From a virus (lineage: Duplodnaviria; Caudoviricetes), in IMG/VR virus record IMGVR_UViG_3300037419_000510, positions 1 to 42,333 of that record: DNA of 42,333 nucleotides, one strand, 5' to 3'. Positions 25,910 through 35,871 of the stretch are shown here, piece after piece. A model generated the notes under the pieces. It saw only the letters and a list, made by a program, of their open reading frames with translations, was not told where the DNA came from and searched no databases. Positions within the stretch are counted from its first letter, which is position 1; each line of letters starts with the position of its first letter. A program made the position numbers and the translations under genes.

Positions 25910-26598
25910 CAGCCATCCACCAAAAAGTCTGTGCCGTCCGTCAGAAGATTGCCACGGTCGCCGCCTGCGGTACGGCCCGTCTCGGTCACGGTTGCGCGCA
26001 TACGCAGCGGGCCCGACGCGATCTTGGCTTTCTTGCCGGCGGTGTTGATTTCGTCCAAAATCTCGTCGTACCAACCCTTCACCGTCGCCGCGCGCGGGTC
26101 GTTCCAACCCCGGAACTCCGCCATTGCCAGGCTGGCAGCGATGTAGAGATCCGGGTGTTTGGTCAGCAGCCAGTTGGTCGGGTTGGTGTCCGAAAGCGGC
26201 TGAATCGCCTGCTTATATTTGAGCCCCAAGGTGCAGGTCGCACCCGGCAGCGGCCCCAGCACGATGTTCGGCCCATCGATCGCATAGGCGACGGGCGTCC
26301 CGCTGCGATTGTCCGGATAGAGCGCCTTCAGCGCGTTGAGTGTCAGCGCCTCCAAGGGCAGCGTATATTGCCCGTTGAGGAACAGCCCGCGCACCTCGTA
26401 ATAATCAGCGGGGAGAGCAATCGAGGACGTGGAGCCGTCAAGGGTGGTCGTGGCTTCCTGATCGGGTGTGTCCAGCACCCGGTTGAACCGCGCCTCGGCC
26501 AGTCCAATGCACTCGGTCGGGTTGATGTTGGCGGCGCTGTCGTCCAGCCACGCAAGGAGGGATGCCTGCAATTCGGCATAGGTCGTTGGCTTACCCAT
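25909..26598 (-). CDS. head-tail adaptor protein
   Basis: TYAELQASL..WL, IGLAEARFNR.L, LPADY, NWLLTKHPDLY. Confidence 0.8.
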   Translation of the reverse strand: MGKPTTYAELQASLLAWLDDSAANINPTECIGLAEARFNRVLDTPDQEATTTLDGSTSSIALPADYYEVRGLFLNGQYTLPLEALTLNALKALYPDNRSGTPVAYAIDGPNIVLGPLPGATCTLGLKYKQAIQPLSDTNPTNWLLTKHPDLYIAASLAMAEFRGWNDPRAATVKGWYDEILDEINTAGKKAKIASGPLRMRATVTETGRTAGGDRGNLLTDGTDFLVDG

Positions 26599-26607
26599 CA
26601 GACCTCC

Positions 26608-26943
26608 TCACAGGATGATGTTGCGACATTTGAGATAGCGATAGTCACTACTGTTCAGCAGCTTCTTGACCCCATCCGCATGGTGCGGGTTCCAGGCATT
26701 GACGCCGAACTTGGTCAGCCACTCGTACATGACCCTTGTCGGGATCGAGGCAGCATGAGCCATATCGCCCATGCGGCCCGTATTATCGACTTGAGCGGCC
26801 TTGTTGCGATCGAGAATCGCTTCGGTCTGCGCCGTCTCAAACTCAGTTCGGACGAGAACAGCATCCTCTTCATGCTGATCGGCCGCGATCCACTTACGCA
26901 CCCCGGTTGCGGGATTGTAGTCGAGCAATTCCCAATTCGGCAT
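26608..26943 (-). CDS. conserved hypothetical head-module protein
   Basis: HAASIP..V...W...G, KKLLNSSDYRYLK. Confidence 0.7.
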   Translation of the reverse strand: MPNWELLDYNPATGVRKWIAADQHEEDAVLVRTEFETAQTEAILDRNKAAQVDNTGRMGDMAHAASIPTRVMYEWLTKFGVNAWNPHHADGVKKLLNSSDYRYLKCRNIIL

Positions 26944-26952
26944 GATCGCTCC

Positions 26953-26987
26953 AAAAGAAAAGGGCGGCAACCGAAGCCACCGCCCTT
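26953..26987 (-). terminator. Intrinsic terminator after major capsid gene
   Basis: GGGCGGTGGC-TTCG-GTTGCCGCCC-TTTTCTTTT on minus strand. Confidence 0.85.
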
Positions 26988-27013
26988 AAGGTTTCTCTCT
27001 AGGAGGAGAGCGA

Positions 27014-27967
27014 TCAGGTCAGATCGCGAATGACCCCACTCGCGGCCTCGTTCAGGCACTTGAGCGCCCATTCCACGCTGAGCATCTTGCGGGTGGCAAG
27101 GCCAGTCTTGGCGAGGTCGTCCACGCTCAACGGATCGAGCGTGCCGAGTTCCCAATAATCGGGATCGTAGTTGAGGCAGTCGCGGGTCGAGCAGAAGCGC
27201 GACGGCACGAACTGGATCTCGCCGAAGTCGGACACGTACACGTCGGCGCCGGCAACGATGGTGATCTTTTTGTTGCCTGTCTCGCGACGCTGAGTCGCAA
27301 GGCCGGTGAAGGCCGCCGCATTCTGCTTTTCGCCGCCCGACATCAGCGCGAATTTCGGGTTGCCGCCCTTGGCCCAAATCTTCTGGAGATTGGTCTTGAG
27401 CAGGGTCTCCGTAAACGTGCGCTGAGTGCCGTTGGTCGCCGCCGCGACGATCTTGGCCGACCAGCCACCGTTAGCCGGAGAGCCAGCGGTGCCGAGTTCG
27501 GTGTTCGAGGTCAGCCAAGCCAGCGCGCCCGCCGTCTGCCCTGCGACCGTAGTCGTTGGCGCGACGGATGCGTAATTGCCGCACGCGCGCGCCTCCATGT
27601 CGGTGCGCAACTCGCGTCCCGCCTTCATGATCTCGCGCGCCAATTCCGACTTGCGGCCGGCCTTGTTGACCGCCTCCGTGGTGGTCGAGACACCGACAAC
27701 CTTGGTCGAAATCTGCGTGTTGACACCGACACGAACAGTGTCGGCCCGGCTTTCGTTCGCCAGATCATCACCCTGCACCTTGGCGTTCGTTGCGTTCGCC
27801 GCTGCGAGGGTATCGGTCTGCCATTCGGTGTAGGTCGCGGAGACCTTGGCCGTGCCGATCGAGTTGATGAACGGGCAATCGTCGGGGAATAGTTGCGCGA
27901 TCTTGTCGCTCAGATCTTCCCGCTGGCCAACGCGGTTGGCCTGAATGGTGTTCGATGGAACGGTCAT
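27014..27967 (-). CDS. major capsid protein (DUF5309/SU10-like)
   Basis: GQREDLSD.I, EWQTDTL, NTQIS.K, ELRTDME, YVSDFG, LAKTG; follows scaffold. Confidence 0.9.
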   Translation of the reverse strand: MTVPSNTIQANRVGQREDLSDKIAQLFPDDCPFINSIGTAKVSATYTEWQTDTLAAANATNAKVQGDDLANESRADTVRVGVNTQISTKVVGVSTTTEAVNKAGRKSELAREIMKAGRELRTDMEARACGNYASVAPTTTVAGQTAGALAWLTSNTELGTAGSPANGGWSAKIVAAATNGTQRTFTETLLKTNLQKIWAKGGNPKFALMSGGEKQNAAAFTGLATQRRETGNKKITIVAGADVYVSDFGEIQFVPSRFCSTRDCLNYDPDYWELGTLDPLSVDDLAKTGLATRKMLSVEWALKCLNEAASGVIRDLT

Positions 27968-27989
27968 TGGAAGTGTCCTTGTTCAGGCG

Positions 27990-29096
27990 TCATAGCTTGA
28001 TGCCTGCGGATTCAAGAAAGGCCGCCGCCGCATCGCCGTCTTTCCCACGGCTCTGCTTTAGGCGATCAAATGCTGCGTCTTGGCCGCGGCCGGTCCGTTC
28101 GGCACGCGTGGAAGCCGTCCCCGGCTTGTTCACGCGAGGCTTGCCGATATTGGCCCGCACCGCTTCCATTCTGGTTCCCTGAAGCTTGTCGTATTTCTCG
28201 GCCTTGGCCTTCCATTCGGACGCCGCCTTGAGCGCCAGAAGGTCCGTTGCGGTGGCCTGGTTGATCAATTCCGGCGTGTAACCAAGGGCTGCTCCGACCG
28301 TTTCAAAGTCGGTGAGCAGGGCTTGGCGCTTAACCGGATCGGTCCAGGTGTCGCCCAGCTCTTGCCCCATGAGACGGTGTGTCTCTTGGAGTTCGTGCTG
28401 ACGGGTGATGGCGTCTCGCTGATCAGCTTCCTGCCTGACCTGCATCGCCTGCTGCACCATTTCCTGATGCTGGGCATTCTGATGCTGGTAGAGGGCTTGC
28501 TGCTGTACGTAAGCACTAGGGTCCGTGAACGCGAGGTTCGGATCGGGTGCCTGCGGAGCTTGACGGGCCGCGAGTTGCTCCAGGTGTGAAGCATATTGAC
28601 GCTGCTGTTCCGCGAACAACGCATTGGCTTCTGCCACAGCGTTACGCTTGGCATTGGCCGCCTCGGTGGTCGCGGACTGGATGGCCTTGTCGCGCTGGGC
28701 TTCCCGCTCCGCCACAGTCGCCTGTAGCTCGCGGGGAAGCTGCTCGAATACCTCCTTGGCGTCCTTATCCCAACTGACGGGCGCGGCGATGGGCTCGGGA
28801 GCTTCGCCGTCATCTTCGTCATTGGTCTCGGTATCGGCTTCGGGGTCGTCCCCTTCCGCCTCTTCACCCTCGGGCTCATCGCCTTCGGGATCTCCTTCTT
28901 CCTCGACGGGCTCGTCGGCGCCGCCAAGGAATTGTTCTGCGATAAAATCAGTGACATCCGCGACCGCCTCACTGCGGCTGGCGGGATGATCGGGGCCACG
29001 CATGTAGCGCCCCTGTGCGATTTCGGCGGGAGTCATCCGGATGCCGATCGCCAAGGCGCGCGTCACTCCGGCTTCGTCTGAGAGACGATGGGCCAT
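27990..29096 (-). CDS. capsid scaffolding protein
   Basis: Acidic N-region, APVSW..DAKE.F..LP, coiled coil; directly upstream of capsid gene. Confidence 0.8.
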   Translation of the reverse strand: MAHRLSDEAGVTRALAIGIRMTPAEIAQGRYMRGPDHPASRSEAVADVTDFIAEQFLGGADEPVEEEGDPEGDEPEGEEAEGDDPEADTETNDEDDGEAPEPIAAPVSWDKDAKEVFEQLPRELQATVAEREAQRDKAIQSATTEAANAKRNAVAEANALFAEQQRQYASHLEQLAARQAPQAPDPNLAFTDPSAYVQQQALYQHQNAQHQEMVQQAMQVRQEADQRDAITRQHELQETHRLMGQELGDTWTDPVKRQALLTDFETVGAALGYTPELINQATATDLLALKAASEWKAKAEKYDKLQGTRMEAVRANIGKPRVNKPGTASTRAERTGRGQDAAFDRLKQSRGKDGDAAAAFLESAGIKL

Positions 29097-29121
29097 GGTG
29101 GTTCTTTCTTGCTGTGGTGGA

Positions 29122-29412
29122 TTAGAAGAAGCGGCGACGCGCTTCGGGTAGCTTTGCGATGCGCTCGGCATGGTCCTGCGCGGCCATGGCAATCTTGCCC
29201 GCGTCGATCTTCTGGCGGGCGTATGTCTCGATTTCGTCGACCAGTTTGGCGGCCAGCCCGAGCTTGAACAGGGCGGCTGTATCGTTCGGCATCAATGCCC
29301 CGGCCTTGGCGACATAGGCCGTGCGCATCTCATCGAAGAAGGCGCGAAGGCCATCCTCTTCCTCGTAGAATGCCTGCCAGCGAGCGGCGCGATGGATGGC
29401 GTCTTCGCTCAT
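29122..29412 (-). CDS. hypothetical head-module protein
   Basis: Helical 96 aa, ATGA coupling. Confidence 0.7.
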   Translation of the reverse strand: MSEDAIHRAARWQAFYEEEDGLRAFFDEMRTAYVAKAGALMPNDTAALFKLGLAAKLVDEIETYARQKIDAGKIAMAAQDHAERIAKLPEARRRFF

Positions 29413-29744
29413 GCGGGGTCATCATCAAAGAAGCCGTTCGCGCGGTTCATCACATCGATAGCCGTGTCATTGGCGTCCTTGTGGCGGATCGCATATTCCG
29501 CCGCCTCTTTAACCCATGCCCCAAACAGCGGGCCGCCGACAGAATGCTCTATGACGGACGGCTTATAGATCGAATGGTTCGTGGCCCCGTCTTTGTAAAA
29601 ACCTATAACGAGGCATCCGATCATCGGGGCCGACTTTGTTTCGCTCGCCGCGAAATCAAGCGCGGCCTCGACCATCGTTGAGGCAGCCTGGGATCGCGAA
29701 GGGGCCTTGACAAGCCGCAATCTGTGTTTGCCACGCCCCCTCAT
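29409..29744 (-). CDS. hypothetical protein
   Basis: ATGA coupling to portal. Confidence 0.65.
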   Translation of the reverse strand: MRGRGKHRLRLVKAPSRSQAASTMVEAALDFAASETKSAPMIGCLVIGFYKDGATNHSIYKPSVIEHSVGGPLFGAWVKEAAEYAIRHKDANDTAIDVMNRANGFFDDDPA

Positions 29745-31855
29745 TTGTCCAGCGCCCCACCATTGCGCGCCTTGGTCATGCTCGCCTCATGCGCCAAGGT
29801 CGCCTTGTGATGCTCTAGCATGGCGTTAATCGCTAGCTCGCGCTCGCTCAATGATGCCTCCATATCCTGCCGGCGCAGTTCAAGTTGTGCCTCGGCATCG
29901 GCCTTCTCGCCAGCGGTCTGCATCTGTGCGGCGGTCTTGCCGGTCTCCGCGTCCAGTTTGGCCTGTGCGGCCTGCACTTTGAGCGCGGTGTCCGCCTGCT
30001 GGCCTTGGGCCTTGAGCGCGAGTTGCTGCTTCTGGGCCTCGATCTGGGCTTGAACCTTCTGCATCTCGGGGTTGGGCTGCTGCTGGGCGGCCTGAGCCAA
30101 GCCCTGTGCGATCTGCTGGCCTTCGGGGCTGTCCGGATCAACGAACAGGTCGCTCGGGTTGAAGCCCATATCGCGGGCACCGTCCGAGATGTTGTTGTAA
30201 ATGTGCTTCTTGGTCGTGAGGCCCATTGGCAGGGCGTCTTTCTGAACGTCCAACACCATGTCGCGATACTGCAAGCGCTGATCCTTGCGGCCGGAGCCGA
30301 GCCCGACCCGGACGTTGGCGCTCAGCCCCTCTGGCCATTTGGTCGGATCGACCGTCTTGGCTTGGCCATCGACCTTGATCGGGAAAGGCTTACCCACCGC
30401 CACCATAAGGCGGAGCTTCTTCGCGAACAGCCGCGCCAACCCTTCCGCAAAGTTGCGGGCGACATACTCTTCCATCTGCTGGCCTTGGGCCTGCAAAAGG
30501 GCTGTCCCGGTGGCGGTCTTGTTGAGTGCGTCGGCATCGAGGCCCTGGTTGAGCCGCGTAATGCCGGTGCGCGATTCCCGCTCCGCCGTGATGTAGGTCA
30601 GCATCGTCATGCCCTTGGACATGTCGAAGGCTTCGTAGAGCGACTTCGGACCGTCCGGCCCCTTGCCGCGGACGATCCCACCGGGGCGGACCGTCAAAAG
30701 ATCGTCGATCGTGTCCTCGGTGATGCACGATTCAGGAACGTACATGCGCGGATTGTTGGTCAGGTAGAGGCCGTTCAACTGCTGGCGCAGCACCACGCTC
30801 TTGACGCGTTGCAGGTCCATGACCTTATCGGCCAACGAACTACCAACGAGACGGTGCGCCCTCGGGAACGGGCACCACACCACGAAAGGCGCTTCGTCCA
30901 CCTCTTCCACGCCAAGAATGGTCGTATCGACGCGGAACACCTGGACCAGTTCGGCAATGCCGTCGCCGTCCATGTCCACCCGCTTATATTCCTCGCGCAG
31001 CCAATATTTCTTGACCCCAGGCGTGTCGTACGTGGTCTCATCGCTCCACCGCGCCACGCTGCGGCTGTCGGTCATGGAAACAACGCTGCCGCTGTCAGGC
31101 AGATCCTCGATCAACTCGCGGTCGAAACCCATCTCGATCAGGTCGGATTCGGTCTTCAAGCTGCGATGGCAGAGATAATCGCTGTCATCCTCGTGCCGCG
31201 TACGGCTCGCGAACAGGAACTCCTCGCTCGGCACCGAATAGTCCAGGAATTTGGTATCGGTCACCGTCTCGTGGATTTCAACCTGCCACGCTCCATTCTC
31301 ACCCGGCGTTGCGGCGGCGATATTCGCGCCCTGCTGATGCAGCATGGTGAGCTGGTCTTCGTCGACCATGCCACGGGTTTTCTTGACCCGCTGACTATGC
31401 TCGACACAGGTCTTGATGACCCCGATTTTCTCGATCAGCCCCGACTGAATGCTATCGTGGATGACGCGGTAGCCGTCCTGCTGTTTCAGGAAGCAATATT
31501 CGACGGCAGCCGTCGCCTCTTCCGCCGCGCCCTCATCGTCCTGTTCGGCGCTCTCGAACTCAACCACCCGATCGCCGCTCACCATCGTACGCGACACGCT
31601 GATGGTCATGTAGTCCACAACCTCGGCAACTTCCGGGGTTACGACCTGAGACAGGCCATCCTCTTCGTCGCCAAACGGACGCGCTTCGTAATAGTCGATC
31701 GCGACGGCCTGCTCTTCGGCTAGCGTGGTATCGCGGAAGGAGATGGCGAGGCGCTCGTCTTCGGCCAGCAGGGCAGCCAGTTCTTCGTGCGACAGGGCCT
31801 CCATGGGCTCTGCGGCTTCGTTCTGGTTCTCGGTATCCGGAGCGGTTGCCATCAA
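29741..31855 (-). CDS. portal protein (P22-like, long C-terminal coiled coil)
   Basis: 704 aa after terminase; ERESRTGITRLNQG, NKTATG, Q/A-rich barrel. Confidence 0.9.
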   Translation of the reverse strand: MMATAPDTENQNEAAEPMEALSHEELAALLAEDERLAISFRDTTLAEEQAVAIDYYEARPFGDEEDGLSQVVTPEVAEVVDYMTISVSRTMVSGDRVVEFESAEQDDEGAAEEATAAVEYCFLKQQDGYRVIHDSIQSGLIEKIGVIKTCVEHSQRVKKTRGMVDEDQLTMLHQQGANIAAATPGENGAWQVEIHETVTDTKFLDYSVPSEEFLFASRTRHEDDSDYLCHRSLKTESDLIEMGFDRELIEDLPDSGSVVSMTDSRSVARWSDETTYDTPGVKKYWLREEYKRVDMDGDGIAELVQVFRVDTTILGVEEVDEAPFVVWCPFPRAHRLVGSSLADKVMDLQRVKSVVLRQQLNGLYLTNNPRMYVPESCITEDTIDDLLTVRPGGIVRGKGPDGPKSLYEAFDMSKGMTMLTYITAERESRTGITRLNQGLDADALNKTATGTALLQAQGQQMEEYVARNFAEGLARLFAKKLRLMVAVGKPFPIKVDGQAKTVDPTKWPEGLSANVRVGLGSGRKDQRLQYRDMVLDVQKDALPMGLTTKKHIYNNISDGARDMGFNPSDLFVDPDSPEGQQIAQGLAQAAQQQPNPEMQKVQAQIEAQKQQLALKAQGQQADTALKVQAAQAKLDAETGKTAAQMQTAGEKADAEAQLELRRQDMEASLSERELAINAMLEHHKATLAHEASMTKARNGGALDK

Positions 31856-33162
31856 ACAATCCCCCGGTTCGAATATTTGATCTTCGTTTTCTCACGCGGA
31901 GTCTCGTACGCCACAGCCATCAGGCCGAAGGCGTCGGCGCCGTGGCTCGCCCAATCATGCTCAGGACCGAGGCCGATCGTGCGCTTGTCGTCTTTCTTCT
32001 CGTGATACCAACCAAGGGCATCGCGTCCGCCCTCGGTCGTGCTGGCGTTGAACCAGACCATCGGGAAGATGCGCCGCGTTGCCTCGATGCGCGCGCCGGC
32101 CGCGCCCTTACCCTGGTTCGGTACGACCGTGACGCTGTAGCCCGCTGCGGTAAGCGCGCTTTCGTACGAAACGTCGAAAACCTTGTCGTTGCTCGCGCCA
32201 TCGTGGGGCAGCCAGATCTGCGCACGATCGGGCGTGTATCCCCGGCCGCGCATCCAGTTCAGGTGTGCCTCAAGCGGCTGTCCGACCGCCTCATAATAAT
32301 CCAGCACGCGGATCTCGCGGCCGATGAACTGCACCGCCCATATCGCGAAAGCATCCGCCTTGGCCCCGGTGCCGCCAATGTCGCAGAACAGGCGGATCGT
32401 CATCAGCGGATCAGCCGCGACGTTGCCGATCCTGTTCTCAGCCTTCGCCTTCGCTAGATCGCGAGCGTAATAGGCACCTTCTGCAACGGTGATATATCCG
32501 CCTTCCCAGATATGGTCGTATTGGTCGGGTTTCATGCGGAGGCAGTCTTCGCGCTCTTGCGGAAGCTCACCCTCGTTGAACCATGGGTTGTCGCGCCAGT
32601 TGGCCTCAACCACGATCGCGCCGGTTGGCTTTTCAGGGCCTCGCAACATGACGTCGACGGGATCGGTCTTGCGGCGGGCGTTCCAGCTCCACCACATTTC
32701 CGCACCCTTGGCCCGCATCGTTGGCCGAAGCAGGCTTATCGAATGCGCCGTTGCCGATTGGGCTTCTTCCCACCAAGCCCGCTTGAAGCCCTCCAGCGAC
32801 TTGATCGATTCCGCCGTGTAATTGTTCATGCCCTTGAAGATCATCAGCCCGTCGCCGGGTGTCGTGATGCAATCCTCAAACACCTTGAAGCCCTGGGCCT
32901 CGCCTAAGCCCAACGAGTAAAGCTTGCCCTCAATCAGGAGCTTGGACGACTGCGCCAGATCTTTCTGGACCTCGCGGATACAGACGGAACGGAGACCTTC
33001 GCCGCCATTCTCTCCAGGCTCTCGCAGACTATCGAGAACGAGCAGCGTGCCGAAGAAATGGCTCTTTCCAGAACCACGCCCACCCCATGCGCCTTTGTCT
33101 CGGGCTGGTTCAAGCAGAGGTGCGAACACCTCCGCCGTGTCAATTTGTAGGAGGCCGGACAA
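31852..33162 (-). CDS. terL: terminase large subunit (PBSX-like)
   Basis: GGRGSGKS Walker A, CIREVQ, SIKSLEG, WWEEA Walker B, nuclease DIG...HDWASHGADAF. Confidence 0.95.
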   Translation of the reverse strand: MSGLLQIDTAEVFAPLLEPARDKGAWGGRGSGKSHFFGTLLVLDSLREPGENGGEGLRSVCIREVQKDLAQSSKLLIEGKLYSLGLGEAQGFKVFEDCITTPGDGLMIFKGMNNYTAESIKSLEGFKRAWWEEAQSATAHSISLLRPTMRAKGAEMWWSWNARRKTDPVDVMLRGPEKPTGAIVVEANWRDNPWFNEGELPQEREDCLRMKPDQYDHIWEGGYITVAEGAYYARDLAKAKAENRIGNVAADPLMTIRLFCDIGGTGAKADAFAIWAVQFIGREIRVLDYYEAVGQPLEAHLNWMRGRGYTPDRAQIWLPHDGASNDKVFDVSYESALTAAGYSVTVVPNQGKGAAGARIEATRRIFPMVWFNASTTEGGRDALGWYHEKKDDKRTIGLGPEHDWASHGADAFGLMAVAYETPREKTKIKYSNRGIV

Positions 33163-33439
33163 TGCGGTGTTCGATGGTCTGAATAAACAGCGGGTTGTCA
33201 GCGTCTCCGGCCACTTGGAGCGGAAGTACCTTGCCTACCAGCGTGAGGAACGCGGCCGGGTTGGTGGCTGCCGTCGTGGTCAGGTACTGGACCCCACCCG
33301 CCTTATCGAGCGCCTGAAGGATCATGTCCTTCAATTGAGCCGTCGTCTTGTTTGGTGTGCCCTTTTGCCTTCCGCCGCGCCGCTCTCCCGGCATTGAGCC
33401 GCGATTGCTTTTGGGCGCTACTTTAGCAACATCACTCAC
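33140..33439 (-). CDS. terS: terminase small subunit
   Basis: GGRQKGTPNK.T..LK..IL.AL motif, directly upstream of terL. Confidence 0.8.
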   Translation of the reverse strand: MSDVAKVAPKSNRGSMPGERRGGRQKGTPNKTTAQLKDMILQALDKAGGVQYLTTTAATNPAAFLTLVGKVLPLQVAGDADNPLFIQTIEHRIVRPPTN

Positions 33440-33587
33440 CGCCTGGCTCCTTGGCGGTCCAATTCGAGATGACAGCTAGCGCTATATCAGCGGCCTTCTC
33501 TGCGGTGTCCCGATTGAGCAAGGGCGGCGCGTTGAGGCTGCCAAGCCAGAGCGCGTCGACAATCTCGTCACGTAAATTATCATGCAT
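33432..33587 (-). CDS. hypothetical protein (51 aa, not in ORF track)
   Basis: MHDNLRDEIVDALW...; GGGAG RBS; overlaps terS start. Confidence 0.5.
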   Translation of the reverse strand: MHDNLRDEIVDALWLGSLNAPPLLNRDTAEKAADIALAVISNWTAKEPGGE

Positions 33588-33646
33588 GGGTAGCTCCCTT
33601 CACGGCTCCGCTCAGCGGTGGGCCGGTCAGTCGCTTGGGTAAGCGG

Positions 33647-33958
33647 TTATGCGGCGGTAATGCCTGAGACCTTGAAGCCGGGCGCGGCGTCGAGCCACAG
33701 TCGTTCACCGGCGCCGATCGACGCGCTCGTATTTCCAGAACCGGGCGTTGCGTTGGCGACTGATGCCGCGCCCGAATAATCGAAACTCACTTCACCTGTT
33801 TCAGTATTGCGGATGCTGGCGAACACTGCGTTCTGGGGCGTTACGCCGCTTTCCGCATGCGTGCCGGAGATGGCGACACTCTCGCCATAGATGACGGCGC
33901 CAGGCACGTTCTGGTTCCATTTGCTGGCGGTCCACCATGTTACCTTGAGCGGCATCAT
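33647..33958 (-). CDS. hypothetical late protein
   Basis: AGGAGG RBS; MMPLKVTWW... beta-rich 103 aa. Confidence 0.7.
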   Translation of the reverse strand: MMPLKVTWWTASKWNQNVPGAVIYGESVAISGTHAESGVTPQNAVFASIRNTETGEVSFDYSGAASVANATPGSGNTSASIGAGERLWLDAAPGFKVSGITAA

Positions 33959-34190
33959 CGCCTCCTGTGATATGTCCCGGCGTTCCGAAGCTTCCCCGCG
34001 TAAATGAGCCGGACAAGGCCGGAGCGGACGGGGTTGGGCCGTGAGGCTAGCAGCATCGGCGTTGTGCATTGCGGACCAGGGCGCGGCCGGGAATCGTCCT
34101 GGGGAAAGTCCGCTCCAATGGGTTACCCCGGCTCGCGAACCGCTCCACGCGTCAGTTCGGTGGGCGTGAGACTGTCGGGCCGGGGAATCT

Positions 34191-34229
34191 GGAATGAAAG
34201 GGGCGCCCAACCGTGAGATTGAGGCGCCC
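34191..34229 (-). terminator. Possible late-leader terminator/attenuator
   Basis: GGGCGCC-T-CAATC-TCAC-GGTTG-GGCGCCC followed by CTTTCATT on minus strand. Confidence 0.45.
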
Positions 34230-34340
34230 TGATCATCCTACTGCGCGATTATGTCGCGGGTCAGATGCGCATAATATCTCGCGGTCGCTATTTCGACCAC
34301 TATCCATTCCGATACGCTTAGCGGGCGCGTAACGCAACAA

Positions 34341-34871
34341 CTATTTTTGAAAGCCGCGATGGTCGGTAATGCTCTCGAAATGCTCGCGCGCCGAAGCGGC
34401 CTCCTCAATGGTGCGAAACGTCCCTAAGTGTTTGGTCTGCCCGTCAAAAGTTATTTGCGCCATCCAGCCCGAGCCGTTCGGATGAACTCCCAACCTACCG
34501 CTACGAGCCGTGGTAACGGTTCGGTTGCGCACGTTTATCTTGTGGCTGACATATCGAAGGTTGGAGATGGCGTTGTTTTTCCGGTCTCCGTCTATGTGGT
34601 CGATGTCCGCACCCTCGGGACGCGGACCTATGAAGGCCTCGGCTATCAGGCTGTGGATCGTGTGAGAGCGCGGCTTGCCGTCTCGGCACAGAGCGACAGT
34701 AAAATATCTCGTCGCGGACGATCCCGGCTTCAGGATGCGGCCCTCTAGCTTTTGAGGCTCCCGCTTTCCAGATACAGCCTCGCGAGGCAACGACCTGACA
34801 CGAGCAAGTGAACTAACCTCGTATATCCCCTCATACCCTCGCACGGGCTTCCATATTTCAGTATTGCTCAT
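34341..34871 (-). CDS. NUMOD4-HNH(-AP2) homing endonuclease
   Basis: EIWKPVRGYEGIYEVSS (NUMOD4), HSLIAEAF, DHIDGDRKNNAISNL (HNH), W.AQI....KHLGTF...EEA (AP2). Confidence 0.92.
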   Translation of the reverse strand: MSNTEIWKPVRGYEGIYEVSSLARVRSLPREAVSGKREPQKLEGRILKPGSSATRYFTVALCRDGKPRSHTIHSLIAEAFIGPRPEGADIDHIDGDRKNNAISNLRYVSHKINVRNRTVTTARSGRLGVHPNGSGWMAQITFDGQTKHLGTFRTIEEAASAREHFESITDHRGFQK

Positions 34872-34884
34872 GCCGGTAATTCTA

Positions 34885-35451
34885 CTAAAAACGCTTCTTC
34901 ATTGCAATATAATCAGCTACAAATTTTACAATTGTCTTTGCGGCCTCTTGGGCTGACCGCATATTGGATGAAAGACGCGATCCCGCAACTCCAGCGGGTT
35001 CATCAAAGCGACACACGTTCTCGAAAACGGAGAAATAAGGATCTGGAAACCAGCTCTTGAACCAGGCCAGTTCGTCCAATGCTTCCTGTTGCGACCAACC
35101 CGACGATGGCGGGAGGCCAATAACCTTCGTCGGGTCCATGGTGAGCGCTTGGCGGCCGGCGCGCTCCCATAGCCTGATGCAGTAATCGATCGCGAGGGCT
35201 TGCGTATCGCTTAGGAGGTTGTCAGCCCTCCATCGCGCTATGGGGGTGCCGCCGCGATTGCGCTTGGTCCTATTGCCCTCGCCCACATAATCACCATTGG
35301 CCGCGGCGAACCTGTTGACGAGCGGTTCCACCTCGTTCGCCGCGGCATGGCGCAATTCTCGCGATAGCACCTCAAGTTCGGTGCGCGGGGGAGCGAGATC
35401 CTTCGCTGCCAAGGCTGCCGCCGCTTTTGCAATCTTGCTCGCCTTGGTCAT
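34885..35451 (-). CDS. putative late-gene regulator (Q-position protein)
   Basis: Position between replication and packaging modules; helical C-terminus; function inferred from synteny. Confidence 0.5.
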   Translation of the reverse strand: MTKASKIAKAAAALAAKDLAPPRTELEVLSRELRHAAANEVEPLVNRFAAANGDYVGEGNRTKRNRGGTPIARWRADNLLSDTQALAIDYCIRLWERAGRQALTMDPTKVIGLPPSSGWSQQEALDELAWFKSWFPDPYFSVFENVCRFDEPAGVAGSRLSSNMRSAQEAAKTIVKFVADYIAMKKRF

Positions 35452-35516
35452 CTCAATTCCCGCTGGTTGTGGTGGCAGCGCTTTCGCGCGTCTGGTTGGT
35501 CATTGGAAACAATGGG

Positions 35517-35795
35517 TTAGTGGCCCTTGACTCGATTAATCGCCTGACTTGACATCAGCTGACCTTGCGCTGCAGCGAGCCCATATTTCGCCTGTTCGTC
35601 ACGTAGATCGAGCGCATTGGTGTCAGCACTCCCGAGCGTATCGGCGATCAGGTTCTGTGCCGTCTCCAAGCTGTCCGCGAACGCCTTGGTGGTCGGCAGG
35701 CGATGGGTGCTGCCGTAGCCTTCGATCACAACGACAAAGCCGTTCGACAGTGCGGAAAGGTTGATGGTGAAATTCTCGATCTTGGTCATGTTCAT
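35517..35795 (-). CDS. hypothetical protein
   Basis: GAGGGAG RBS. Confidence 0.65.
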   Translation of the reverse strand: MNMTKIENFTINLSALSNGFVVVIEGYGSTHRLPTTKAFADSLETAQNLIADTLGSADTNALDLRDEQAKYGLAAAQGQLMSSQAINRVKGH

Positions 35796-35871
35796 TCTCC
35801 CTCACGTTTCGGGCAGGAATCCCCACCCCCATTGTAAATTGGGTTGTTGGTCATAAAACAATGACTTACGG

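Noticed and set aside
29885-31723. 612-aa plus-strand ORF (and similar ones at 19651-20700, 21226-22497, 25888-27033, 39529-40452)
   Set aside because: Antisense shadows of well-supported genes in high-GC DNA, with no recognisable motifs
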